From contig OZ244999.1 of NCBI GenBank assembly GCA_965223265.1, positions 5,920,001 to 5,984,000 on the forward strand: a DNA stretch of 64,000 bases, in the 5' to 3' direction. How positions within the stretch are numbered: position 1 is the first letter of the stretch; each line of letters starts with the position of its first letter. This document shows, piece after piece, positions 47,932-58,700 of the stretch. Source of the stretch: Planctomycetota bacterium. Lineage in GTDB: Bacteria; Planctomycetota; UBA8108; SXIK01. A program made the translations under genes and the position numbers. Under the pieces are notes generated by a model. It searched no databases, was not told the DNA's origin, and saw only the letters and a program-made list of their open reading frames with translations.

Positions 47932-48753
47932 ATGCGTAAACGAACGAACCCGATGAGATTGTTTTCGGCGGCGTTCGCGTTGAGTTGCCTTTGCCTCCTT
48001 CATACCTCAATCGCAGAGGCACAGTCAGCACCAGTCGCAACCCAAAATGGCGACGTCAACGGCGATGATCGCATCGATCTGGGGGATGCGATCTATCTCC
48101 TCAACTGGCAGTTCCTCGACGGGCCCAAGCCGGTGGAATTCGGATGTCCGGGCCCGTTCGCCGAGACTCTGGCGGCGATCGTCGACCAGTTAGATGACGG
48201 GGGCGGGGGCAGTGGCGGGGGCGTCAGCATGAGCGCCGCGGACGTCCACCCGTTCTATGCCCCCGGAGCGGTCGTCGGATCGTCGCACCTGCTCCGAAAC
48301 GGCAGCGGCGTGACGTCGACCTTACACACAACCGACGTTCTCCCGGGGCATGCGTTCACTCTCTGGTGGGTCGTCTTCAACAATCCGGCGGCGTGTGTTG
48401 ACGGGTGTAACGGCCCCGACTTAAGGAACCCGGAAGTCATGGCTGACGTGATGTATGCCACCGGGAACATCTCTGGCGACGCCGGGACACTCAACTTTGG
48501 AGCCCACCTGAGCGTCGGAGATACGTCTGGATCGATCATCGACGACCTCTTCGGGCTCGAGCCAATTGGCCTCATCGATCCGATGGGGGCCGAGATTCAC
48601 CAAATCATTCGCAGTCACGGCCCGGCGATTCCAGGTCAAGTTTCGGAGCAGATCACGACGTTCAACGGCGGCTGCACGATCATCCTACCGCGCCCGGAAA
48701 TCCCGGACGAGGAAGGAGAATGCGTCGACATCCAGTTCGCCGTCCACAGTTGA
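47932..48753 (+). CDS. Secreted protein with half-dockerin motif and one copy of the same His/Cys domain
   Basis: Signal peptide ending AEA, NGDVNGDDRIDLGDA, PGHAFTLWWVVFNNPAAC..AEIH..RSHGP. Confidence 0.8.
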   Translation: MRKRTNPMRLFSAAFALSCLCLLHTSIAEAQSAPVATQNGDVNGDDRIDLGDAIYLLNWQFLDGPKPVEFGCPGPFAETLAAIVDQLDDGGGGSGGGVSMSAADVHPFYAPGAVVGSSHLLRNGSGVTSTLHTTDVLPGHAFTLWWVVFNNPAACVDGCNGPDLRNPEVMADVMYATGNISGDAGTLNFGAHLSVGDTSGSIIDDLFGLEPIGLIDPMGAEIHQIIRSHGPAIPGQVSEQITTFNGGCTIILPRPEIPDEEGECVDIQFAVHS

Positions 48754-48967
48754 CGCGGGCCTATCCTTTCTAGGCGGTCGCTCGATTTCTCTCTCGCCGT
48801 GCTACCCACACGGCGGGAGAGAGTCGACGCCCGTTCCGCAGATCACATGCGTTCCGATGGGAGAGCAACCGCTTCGTCGTCGCGCAGGAGAGTCGCTTTG
48901 GTGAGGATTACCGTGATCGACTTGAAAGTCCTCGCGGAAGTACGCCGCAATCTCCGCCCCGTCAGAT

Positions 48968-49813
48968 CTAGCGAGAGGCTGCCGCGTCGATTGAGCGGAG
49001 GGCTCGAGCTGCGAGCTGTCGAACGAATGGATCGTTATCCTCGAGAGCGATCGTCAATTCGCGGCTTGCGATGGCGGCTCGATCGCCCAATCGAGTGAAC
49101 ATATGGGCTGCGGCCCATCGCTCCTGTCGTTCTCCTCGGGTCAAAGCGGTAGTGAGCGGCACAGCGATCGACTCATCGCCGTACTCCGCAGCGAGTCGGT
49201 CGAGCACCGACCACGCCAAATGCGGGTCGGTGCTGGCATACTGAGGGATGACTGCTAGGGCGCAATCCTGCGGGACCGATCGCATGCCCGCCAAGGCTCG
49301 GAGCGCCTCCAGACGAACGTCGCGGCAATGGCTCCGGAGAAGCTCGACGACGGCCGGTGCTTCCCTGGACGTCGCCGCCTCCATCTCGGAAAGGACGCCC
49401 CTGACGACACGGAACACGGCATCGTTCTCGGTGGCCAGCTGCGATATGACCGCCGGTCTGGCCGCCGCACCGATCCGGACGAGTGCTTGACTCGCGTAGC
49501 GAAACTGGACCCAAGCCCAGTGGGAATCCCCGACGCCACCGAACAGAAAGCGCTGTGGACTTGGGAAGCGCTCGGGGTCGCTGGTCACTTGATGGACGAG
49601 GAGATCGACCAGCGGTTGAACGGCTCTCTGCGATCGCATCGCCCCCAGCCGCTCTGCCGCCTCTCGCCTGATGTCGTCGTCCTCGACGTTCAATCGTGAC
49701 AGATACCAGAATTCGAGCGCGACGTTCTTGAGCAGGAAAACGACCACCACCAACACAATCGTTCCGCTCACTCCCGCGATCATCGCCAGACGTTTGCCAC
49801 GCTGCGCTTCCAT
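48968..49813 (-). CDS. Membrane-anchored HEAT-repeat protein
   Basis: N-terminal TM, R.EAAE.LG..AV.PL, D.DP.VR..AA.AL repeats. Confidence 0.75.
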   Translation of the reverse strand: MEAQRGKRLAMIAGVSGTIVLVVVVFLLKNVALEFWYLSRLNVEDDDIRREAAERLGAMRSQRAVQPLVDLLVHQVTSDPERFPSPQRFLFGGVGDSHWAWVQFRYASQALVRIGAAARPAVISQLATENDAVFRVVRGVLSEMEAATSREAPAVVELLRSHCRDVRLEALRALAGMRSVPQDCALAVIPQYASTDPHLAWSVLDRLAAEYGDESIAVPLTTALTRGERQERWAAAHMFTRLGDRAAIASRELTIALEDNDPFVRQLAARALRSIDAAASR

Positions 49814-49983
49814 CGGCGCTCCTCGGTACCTGCCGACCACCAAGGATATTCTATCGACCCGTTCTCCGCTCGCCCTGATCTTTCGGTCTGCAGCTGCCCC
49901 AGCCGACGCAGTCTCCTTGAGCTCTCGACGCTCGGGGGCGTAGAATCGATGGTGAGTACGAAGTGCGACGAGCGGAGACGCCA

Positions 49984-52293
49984 ATGAGCTGTCTGCAAAA
50001 CACCTGGATGATAATGATGCTCCTCATCGGCGCTCCGATAGCGGTCAGCACCGAAACGCTCGGTGATGCCCCTCGCGCGGAAGATCCATCGCCCAACAAC
50101 CTGCCGCCAGAATACTGGGCTTTTCAGCCAGTCAAGCGATCCGAAGTCCCCAGCGTCCAAAACAAACCGTGGGTGCGAAGCCCGATCGACGCCTTCGTCC
50201 TCGACAAACTTGAACGCGAGGGTCTCGAGCCGGCCGCCGACGCCGACAGGATCACACTCATCCGCCGCGCCAGCCTCGATCTGATCGGCTACCCGCCGGC
50301 GCCGGACGCGGTGCAGGCGTTTGTCGATGACCGATCGGACGCCGCCTTCGATGCAGTCGTCGATCGGCTCCTCGCATCGCCCCATTACGGCGAACGCATG
50401 GGCAGACACTGGCTCGACCTCGCCCGCTACGCAGAGAGCGCCGGTTTCGAAAAGGATGCCACACGCCCCAATGCCTGGCGCTACCGCGATTACGTCATCG
50501 ACGCCTTCAATCGCGACAAACCCTACAACCGTTTTGTGCGCGAGCAGATCGCCGGCGACGAACTCTGGCCGGACGATTTCACCGCTCGCATCGCAACGGC
50601 GTTCAATCGTCATTATCCCGAAGAAGGCAACAACAAAGACCTTCTCCTCGCGCGGCAGGAAATCCTCCACGACATCACCGACGTCGTCGGCGCGACGTTT
50701 CTAGGACTCACCTTCGGCTGTGCGCGCTGTCACGACCACAAGTACGACCCCATCTCACAGCGGGATTACTATCGTCTGCAGGCTTTCTTCGCCAACGTCG
50801 GTCACGATGACCGCTTCCCTCTTGTTTCGAAGAATCACCGACTGGAGTACGAACGCCGGCTCCGCCTTTGGGAGGAGAAGACACAAGCGATCTGGGACGA
50901 GATGGATGCGATCCTACAAACGAAGCGCGCGTTCACACCAGCGCAGCTGCTGGCGCGCTATCCGGACTACGTCATTGAAGCGATCCAAAAACCGGCCCAT
51001 GAGAGAAGTCCCATCGAGGCGCAGATGGCGTACCTCCTCAGCACCAAAAACTGTAACACCTGCCCGCTGAAGCCGAAGCCCTACCTCAATCCCAACTTCA
51101 GAAGGCCCGCCAAGAGTCTCGAAGGCACACTCAAGGCGCGCTACGAAGCGCTTGAACGCCAGCTCGAGACGTTCGTGCACTTGTTGCCGCCCGACGTACC
51201 GCGCGGCAGTGGAATCATCGACATCAGCAACGACGCACCGCCGACGTACGTGCTGGCAATCGGCATGTACACGGCGCCACTGGAAGAGGTGCAGCCGGGC
51301 TTTCCAGCGAGCATCGATCCGAGTTCACCCCGCATCGCGCCACTTCCCGAGATCGATTCGACAGGTCGCCGCTCGGCACTGGCGAACTGGCTCGCTGACG
51401 CACGCAATCCACTCACCGCGCGGGTGATGGTGAACCGCATCTGGCACTACCACTTCGGCCGCGGCATTGTCGCGACGCCGAGCGACTTCGGCACCCGGGG
51501 CGAAAACCCCACCCATCGCGCGCTGCTTGACTGGCTTGCCGCCGAGTTCGTCGAGAGCGGCTGGAGCGTCAAGCACATGCACCGCCTCATCATGACCTCG
51601 AGCGTCTACCGGCAAAACTCGTACGACCGCGAGGATGCCGGACGCATCGATCCCGCCAATCGTCTCCTGTGGCGATTTCCACCTCAGCGACTTGAAGCGG
51701 AGGCCATCCGAGACTCCGCGCTCGCTGTCAGCGGTCTCCTCAACCGAAAGCTGGGCGGACCGAGCGTCTTTCCGCCGCTGCCACCCGGCATGACGGAGCC
51801 AACCGGCGGTTGGCAGCTGACGGAAGCGATGGCAGATCACCAGAGGCGGAGCGTCTACATCTTTCTTCGCCGCAACAACCGTTATCCGCTCCTCAAGGTC
51901 TTCGACCTTCCCGACTCGCATGCAAGCTGCGCCCGGCGGAACACGACGACCACTCCGCCGCAGGCGATGGCGCTCCTCAACAGCGAGCTTTCGCGCCACT
52001 GGGCGCGGGCCTTCGCGGCCCGTGTTCTCAAAAGCGCCGGACCGGAACCCTCTCAACAAGTCGAGTGGGCCTTTCAGTTCGCTTATTCGCGAGCACCAGA
52101 CGCTTGGGAGAAAGAGACTTCACTCGCCTTTTTGCGACGACAGGCGAACCTGCTGAGGTCACACCAAGCCGACGCCAAGTCGCTGGTGCTGCCGCCGAAC
52201 CTGCTGCCGGACGTCGCCTCACATGACGCGGCGGCGCTGGTCGACTACTGTTTGATGCTGCTCAATGCCAATGAATTCGTCTATCGATTCTGA
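49984..52293 (+). CDS. DUF1549/DUF1553 domain protein
   Basis: WAFQP, PIDAF, YGER..RHWLDLARY, CARCHDHKYDP, NPLTARV.VNRIW. Confidence 0.9.
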   Translation: MSCLQNTWMIMMLLIGAPIAVSTETLGDAPRAEDPSPNNLPPEYWAFQPVKRSEVPSVQNKPWVRSPIDAFVLDKLEREGLEPAADADRITLIRRASLDLIGYPPAPDAVQAFVDDRSDAAFDAVVDRLLASPHYGERMGRHWLDLARYAESAGFEKDATRPNAWRYRDYVIDAFNRDKPYNRFVREQIAGDELWPDDFTARIATAFNRHYPEEGNNKDLLLARQEILHDITDVVGATFLGLTFGCARCHDHKYDPISQRDYYRLQAFFANVGHDDRFPLVSKNHRLEYERRLRLWEEKTQAIWDEMDAILQTKRAFTPAQLLARYPDYVIEAIQKPAHERSPIEAQMAYLLSTKNCNTCPLKPKPYLNPNFRRPAKSLEGTLKARYEALERQLETFVHLLPPDVPRGSGIIDISNDAPPTYVLAIGMYTAPLEEVQPGFPASIDPSSPRIAPLPEIDSTGRRSALANWLADARNPLTARVMVNRIWHYHFGRGIVATPSDFGTRGENPTHRALLDWLAAEFVESGWSVKHMHRLIMTSSVYRQNSYDREDAGRIDPANRLLWRFPPQRLEAEAIRDSALAVSGLLNRKLGGPSVFPPLPPGMTEPTGGWQLTEAMADHQRRSVYIFLRRNNRYPLLKVFDLPDSHASCARRNTTTTPPQAMALLNSELSRHWARAFAARVLKSAGPEPSQQVEWAFQFAYSRAPDAWEKETSLAFLRRQANLLRSHQADAKSLVLPPNLLPDVASHDAAALVDYCLMLLNANEFVYRF

Positions 52294-53758
52294 TCACTCT
52301 CTGAGCCAACGGCGAGAGTTTTTCGCGCGCACCGCGAGCGGTCTGGGAGGCTTGGCGCTCGCGCACCTCCTGGCCAGGAGTGGCGACTTGCGCGCGGCAT
52401 CTCCTGACACCTCTGAGGACGCGCCGGCTGGGACGACACACGCGCCCCAACACCGACGGCCGCATCACGCGCCGAGAGCCAAGGCGGTGATCTGGCTCTT
52501 CATGGAGGGTGGTCCGAGTCACATCGATCTTTTCGATCCCAAGCCAGCGCTCGAGCGCCTTGCAGGCCAAAAGACGCCGGAGTCGTTCAAGCTGCCGGTC
52601 ACCAGCGCCACCGGCTCTCACCGCATGCCCATCGTGGCGTCGCGGCGCACGTGGAAGCGCCACGGAAAGAGTGGCCTCTGGGTGTCGGACTGGTATCCAC
52701 GCATCGCAGCGCACGTCGACGACTTGGCAGTGATCCGCTCGTGTTGGGCGGACGGGCTGAACCACGTCGGATCAGTGCGGCAGATGAACACCGGTGCGAT
52801 CTTGGCTGGTCGCCCGTCGATGGGGGCGTGGATCACGTACGGTCTCGGCACGGCGAACGACAACCTGCCGACGTTCGCCGTCCTGACGGACTACCGGACC
52901 GTGAGAGGAGGGCCGACGAATTGGGGCGCGGGATTCCTTCCCGCTGCCTACCAGGGGACGCCGCTCGAGCGGCAGGGTCCACCCATCTTGAACCTCAACC
53001 CGCCGGCGGAGGTCAGCGATCGACAACAGCGCAGTCGACTCGATCTACTCGGCGCGCTCAACCGCCACCACCGCCGACGCTGGCTTTCGATGAGCGAGCT
53101 CGACGCCAGAATCGAGTCGTACGAACTGGCCTACCGCATGCAAGCGGCGGCGCCCGAAGCTGTGGAGCTCGCGAGCGAGTCGGCTGCGACGCAGCGCCTC
53201 TATGGCATGGACAATCAAGTGACAGCGCGCTTCGGCACCAACTGTCTGCTGGCGCGCCGCCTGGTTGAACGCGGCGTGCGCTTCGTGGAAGTTTACTGCG
53301 GCAGCGGCAGCGGTTGGGATGCGCACTCCAAGCTCGAGGAGAACCACAGCAAGTGGTGCCGCGTCTCCGATCGACCGATTGCTGGGTTGCTGACGGACTT
53401 AAAGGCGCGAGGACTACTCGACGAAACGCTTGTGGTTTGGGGTGGGGAGTTCGGCCGCACGCCCTTCAGCGACACCAACAGCAGCGTCGCCGGACCGGGT
53501 GGCTACGGGCGCGACCACAATCCCTGGGGTTTCACGATGTGGATGGCGGGCGGCGGTGTTCAGGGGGGCCAGACGATCGGCGCGACGGATGCACTTGGCC
53601 TCCACGCGGTGGAACAGCCGTGCCACGTTCACGATCTGCACGCTACGATACTTCATCTCATGGGGCTTGACCATCTCCGCGTGATTTACCGCCACAACGG
53701 CCGTGACCAGCGCCCGACGGTCGATGGAGGCAACGTCATCCGGTCCGTATTGGCTTAG
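52265..53758 (+). CDS. DUF1501 domain protein
   Basis: RREF Tat-like motif, AKAVIWLFM.GGPSH.D.FDPKP, GEFGRTP, GRDHNP. Coupled to the DUF1549/1553 gene. Confidence 0.9.
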   Translation: MPMNSSIDSDHSLSQRREFFARTASGLGGLALAHLLARSGDLRAASPDTSEDAPAGTTHAPQHRRPHHAPRAKAVIWLFMEGGPSHIDLFDPKPALERLAGQKTPESFKLPVTSATGSHRMPIVASRRTWKRHGKSGLWVSDWYPRIAAHVDDLAVIRSCWADGLNHVGSVRQMNTGAILAGRPSMGAWITYGLGTANDNLPTFAVLTDYRTVRGGPTNWGAGFLPAAYQGTPLERQGPPILNLNPPAEVSDRQQRSRLDLLGALNRHHRRRWLSMSELDARIESYELAYRMQAAAPEAVELASESAATQRLYGMDNQVTARFGTNCLLARRLVERGVRFVEVYCGSGSGWDAHSKLEENHSKWCRVSDRPIAGLLTDLKARGLLDETLVVWGGEFGRTPFSDTNSSVAGPGGYGRDHNPWGFTMWMAGGGVQGGQTIGATDALGLHAVEQPCHVHDLHATILHLMGLDHLRVIYRHNGRDQRPTVDGGNVIRSVLA

Positions 53759-53936
53759 CAGCCTGTTGAAAAAGTGCTTTGAGCTGAAAACTGGTCTCTT
53801 CGCGTCCAGATCGGCCGCGGCAAACGCAGGCAATCTTCGGGCCCTCTTCTTTCGATTCTGATGGCGAGTACTGACGCGGTAGAGCTGGGCGTGAAGAGGC
53901 CAGTTTCTTCGGCCGAATGACTTTTTCAACGGGCTG
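53759..53936. mobile_element. MITE copy 2 (17-bp TIRs, TTAG target duplication)
   Basis: Same TIRs and interior as 11075-11234, 18 bp longer. Flanked by TTAG; the left TTAG contains the DUF1501 stop codon. Confidence 0.85.
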
Positions 53937-53965
53937 TTAGCAGTTAGCTTTAGACTCGAGGCACT

Positions 53966-55426
53966 ATGAACGAACGGCATCGCTTGAGAGGATCAAAGCC
54001 CGTAGCGCTCAAGACCACTGCGGTTTTCGCATGCCTCCTCTTGCTTTCGGCTGCAGACGCGAGCGAGTGGGCGCGTTTCCGCGGCCCAAACGGAGAGGGA
54101 ATCTCACCTGCGACCGGGGTACCGACGACGTTCGACCGCGACAAAGGGACTCTCTGGCAGACGGTAGTTCCGTCGGGTCATTCGTCGCCCATCCTCTCGA
54201 AGGATCGACTCTTCCTCACCGCCTACGAAGAGAAGCGGCTTCTCTCTTTGGCTCTCGACCGTCAGACGGGAAAGATCCTCTGGCGCCGCGAAGCGCCGCG
54301 GCCGCGGGAGGGAAAGTTCCACCGACTGAACGGACCCGCGTCAGCGAGTCCAGTCACCGATGGTGAGTCGGTGTTCGTCTTCTTCGGGGACTTCGGCCTT
54401 GTCAGCTACGATCTCGATGGCAACTCTCTTTGGCAGCGGCCGCTCGGCCCTTTCTTGGTGGCGAGTGGACAGGGAAGCTCTCCGATTTTGGCGGGCGGGC
54501 ATCTTATCTTGCAGGTGGACCAGGATCGCGATTCCTATATCCTCGCGATGGATCCCAAAGATGGCTCCGACAACTGGAAAGTCGAACGGCCGGAAGCTAC
54601 CCACGGTTATTCAACACCGACCATCTTCACGCCCGAAGGCGGTGAGCCGCAGTTGATCGTCACCAGCTCATACCACACAGCATCGTACGCCTTGGATGAT
54701 GGCGAGAAGCTTTGGTGGGCCTACGGCAGCACCTGGCAGTCGAAGCCTTCGCCGGTGACGACGAGCGACACGGTCTTCGTCACAGGATCGGCGCCGGGCG
54801 GCGATCCGGGTCAGCAGGTGGAACTACCACCGTTTGCGGAGGCGATCGAGCGCGGCGACGCTGATGGCGATGGCAAGCTCTCCGAAGACGAAGTCAAGAC
54901 GAACGGCTGGCGGCATCGCGGCGGCTGGGGACTCATTGACTTAGACGACGACGGTCTCCTGGGCAGACGCGACTGGAAGTTCTTTCGTGCCCGCCGCAGC
55001 GCGCACAACACGACGCTGGCAATCCGCCCTAGCGCGCGCCGCGGCGACATCACCGAGAGCGCTGTCGTTTGGAGCTACCGCAGGGGAATCCCGGAAGTCC
55101 CCTGCCCCATCGTCCACGATGGCATTCTTTACGTCGTCAAGAACGGCGGCATCCTCACAGCACTGGACGGCGAGTCTGGAGAAGTGCTCAAACAGGCGCG
55201 CCTACCCGGCGCCACAGGACAGTACTACGCTTCGCCCATCATCGCCGACTCGAGGCTCTACTTTGTCAGCGAGGACGGCAAAGTGAGTGTCGTCCGACCA
55301 GGGGAAGACTGGGAGGTCATGGCGATGAGCGATCTGGGCGAGCACTGCTACGCCACCCCGGCGGTCGCCGACGGCGTCATGTATGTGCGCACCGAGACCC
55401 GCGTCTACGCTTTCGTGGCGAAGTGA
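53966..55426 (+). CDS. Secreted PQQ-binding-like beta-propeller protein with EF-hand-like insert
   Basis: WARFRGPNG, SSPI repeats, DADGDGKLS..E and DLDDDG loops. Confidence 0.85.
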   Translation: MNERHRLRGSKPVALKTTAVFACLLLLSAADASEWARFRGPNGEGISPATGVPTTFDRDKGTLWQTVVPSGHSSPILSKDRLFLTAYEEKRLLSLALDRQTGKILWRREAPRPREGKFHRLNGPASASPVTDGESVFVFFGDFGLVSYDLDGNSLWQRPLGPFLVASGQGSSPILAGGHLILQVDQDRDSYILAMDPKDGSDNWKVERPEATHGYSTPTIFTPEGGEPQLIVTSSYHTASYALDDGEKLWWAYGSTWQSKPSPVTTSDTVFVTGSAPGGDPGQQVELPPFAEAIERGDADGDGKLSEDEVKTNGWRHRGGWGLIDLDDDGLLGRRDWKFFRARRSAHNTTLAIRPSARRGDITESAVVWSYRRGIPEVPCPIVHDGILYVVKNGGILTALDGESGEVLKQARLPGATGQYYASPIIADSRLYFVSEDGKVSVVRPGEDWEVMAMSDLGEHCYATPAVADGVMYVRTETRVYAFVAK

Positions 55427-55766
55427 CCCGACTCGCTTGACAGTGACTCACACGCCTCGCCAGCTGAGTGGCGACGGTTGACTCTAAGACCGGCCGCAAG
55501 GAGTCGGAGCGTCGTGTCCAAAACGCTAAAAACTCTCTAAGAACTCCCGCTCAATCTCCTGGTCGATCGCCACGGACTCCTATACGCTGCAATGGCTCCA
55601 GCCGGATAACTTCCGGGGCGTAGACGTGCCGCCTCCCCATCGCGAATCGTGTCCCCACATGACTATTACCATATAATAAATAGAGTCTCGCACTCCAAGG
55701 AGGCAACAAGCCGCTAGGCGTCGTTGCCGGGCGAAGCAGCTAGGCTCAATCACTGGAAAACGTTCC

Positions 55767-58700
55767 ATGAAGGTAAGAATCTTCGGCGGCATGTTTGCCC
55801 TATGGGGAGTTGTGTGCTCCTGCAACGATGGACACGCACAGTTCGCCGCCCCCCAGCAAGTCGTGCGTCCGCAATCATCCACGGAATTCGGAATAGTGCA
55901 CGCTGTCGCTCTCCTCGGTGATCGAGCGGCGATCATGGCAGCTCTTCGCAGCAGCTCTTCGGCTACGGTGTTCGTCTTTGAACGCAGCGATGAACACTGG
56001 GAGCTCGCAGCGGAATTTGCATGCCCACCTTATGGAGGAACGCAGTCTGGCCACTCATTGAGACTGACCGACAACTCCATCATCGCAGGGACTCCCGAGG
56101 GCACGGTCGTACTAGTTTTCGAAAACCGCGGCGATGGCTGGGCCGAAACACAGCGTTTACGAGCACCGGATTTTGCACCAGGTCAGAAGTTCGGCGCCAG
56201 TCTCGCGGTCGAGGAGAACACTTTGGTCATCGGCGCGCCGGTGTCGTCGAACGAGGGGCCGGCAAGTTCCGTGTACGTCTATACGCTAAGCGAAGAGGGG
56301 TGGACGTTTCAGCAAAAGTTACTTCCGGAAGAAGCGGGGTTCAGGAAATTCGGCGCTGCAGTTGCGATCAGTAACGGTGTGATCGCCGTGGGTGAGTCGC
56401 TTCCGTTCAACGATTCCGGTACCGTTTATTTGTTCGAAAACGATGCGGTCGAGTGGCAGTTGACGCAAGTGCTTCGACCGCCTGCCTTACCCGGTGATAG
56501 GAGGCGATTCGGTGAGTCCTTGAGCCTTATCGACGAGGTGTTAGTTGTCGGTGCGAGCCGTGATTCTCGACAGCAGGGAAGAGTTGGAGCGGCCTATGTG
56601 TATCGCCGTGACGGCGATGCTTGGGTCTTTCAGCAGGAACTCCGCGCTGCAGATGCGGTCGCAGAGGACCGTTTTGGCGAGAGTATCTCCGTAACCCCCG
56701 GGACGATTCTCGTCGGTGCACCATACCATGACGGCATCGCGCGTGATAGCGGTCTTGTCTATGTGTTCGAAGAGCAGGGTGGGAGCTGGACCGAGGCGCA
56801 GAGACTGACGTCTCGCGACGTCGAGATCAGTGAATTCGGGATTTCCGTCGTGTTCGATGGGCGCACAGTTCTCGTAGGTGCTTCATCCGCCATGTCGGGT
56901 GGAGCGGCCTTCTTCTACGACCACTGCGAAGGCAGCGGCGACTGTAACGAAAACGGTCTCGCCGACGACTGCGAAATCGCTGATGGATCCAGTCGCGACT
57001 GCGATGGAAATGGCGTGCTAGATGAATGTGATCTCGCCGCAGGCGCAGTCGACTGCGACGAAGATGGACTCCTTGATCGATGTGCTCTGAGTCTTGGTGT
57101 GCGTGTGGATTGTAATGGTAACGATGTCATCGACCGCTGCGAAGTACCCGTGGGTACGTCTTCTGACGTCAACGGAAACGGTATTCCGGACGCATGCGAA
57201 ACGTTTAACGAGCCTTTCTCTCGATGCCGTGAGTTGACCGGACTCCTGGACTGCGATAGGAGCGGGGTCGACGACCGGTGCGAAGTGTTCACAGGTGTGC
57301 TTGCGGATATCGACGCTAACGACATCCCGGATGTCTGCCAAGTAGATTGTGATGGCAGTGGAGTGCCGGATTCCTACGAACTGTCGACTGGGATGCTATT
57401 CGATTGTGACGGCAACGGTTTACCCGACGTGTGCGACACCGGTCCGACTCCGGTGAGTCTCCAAGCGACCGAGGCAATTCCGTTCGGCATTTCGAGCACC
57501 GGCGTGGTTCTCGGCGATTGGAACGCGGATAGTCTCATAGACCTAGCAGTTACCCACGACTCTGCGGGCGTGGTTTCGATCGCAATCGGCGAGAGCAACG
57601 GTGGGTTCACGGTCAACCGCAGTTATCCTGTGGGCGATGTACCGATCGGAATCGTGGCGGCAGACCTCGACGGCGACGGTACGGAGGACCTCGCCACCGC
57701 CAACCGCTCCGCCAACACGGTCTCCATTCTCTTCGGCCGCGGTGACGCGACGTTTCGTCCTGCCGGGAGCCTCCTCGTCGGGCAAGGTCCAGAACACATT
57801 GTCGCAAGTGATTTCAACAATGACGACGCGATGGATCTTGCCATCGCCGAAGTCACCTTTGGCACGATCTCAGTGCTTCTTGGTTACGGTGACGGCACGT
57901 TTCATTGGCCCGTGAGAATGGCGCTCGATGGTGCACCTACTGCGTTGCTTGCGACACGTCTCGATGATGATGATCACGTCGACCTGGTTGCGTCGGTCTC
58001 ACTGAGCGGTGTTTCATTATTCTCCGGCATCGGAGATGGAACGTTCGTACGACCCCGCAAAGTTGCCGTAGGAGGCACATTTTTTGGAGTCGTTGCGACA
58101 GATCTGGATCAGAACAGTATCGTGGATCTCGTCACTCTGGACGGCGAGAGCAACATCCATGCGTTTCTGGGTACTAGTGGTGGACTCTGTCAGCGTTCCG
58201 ATACGGCGCCGGCTGGCGAGCTGGCGGTCGACCTGACTTCCGGCGACTGGGATCAGGACGGAAACACAGAAATTGCAGTGCTGGCAGAGCGGAGCGCGGC
58301 TGTCTTCATGTTTGAATGGCTCGACGATCGATTTGTGTCTCTCGGGGATTTTCCCGCGGGCGCGAATCGTCGAGCCATCGCTTCTGCGGACGGAGCCACT
58401 GGAGCTGACCCTGTGGTGGCGACCATCGGCGCAGGGGGACTGGCGCCTGTGATGACGAACGATGAGGCTGGAAGATTGTCGCCGGTTCAGCGAGTGGATC
58501 TCGATGGAGCTGCCGACGTTGCGGTGATCCACCATCAAACAGGACCTCCCACCCTCGCAGTCGCTGATCGGGATCACGGCGCCGTTCATTTGGTTCCGAT
58601 CACCGGCCCCGAGACATTTGGTGCGCCGCAAACGATCTCTTTCGACGAAGGAACCGCCACAGAGATCGAATCTCTCCATGTCAACGCGGACGGTCTGGTC

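Noticed and set aside
55428-55507. tRNA gene
   Set aside because: The folding is cloverleaf-like but there is no TTCRA T-loop, D-loop consensus or canonical 7-nt anticodon loop.
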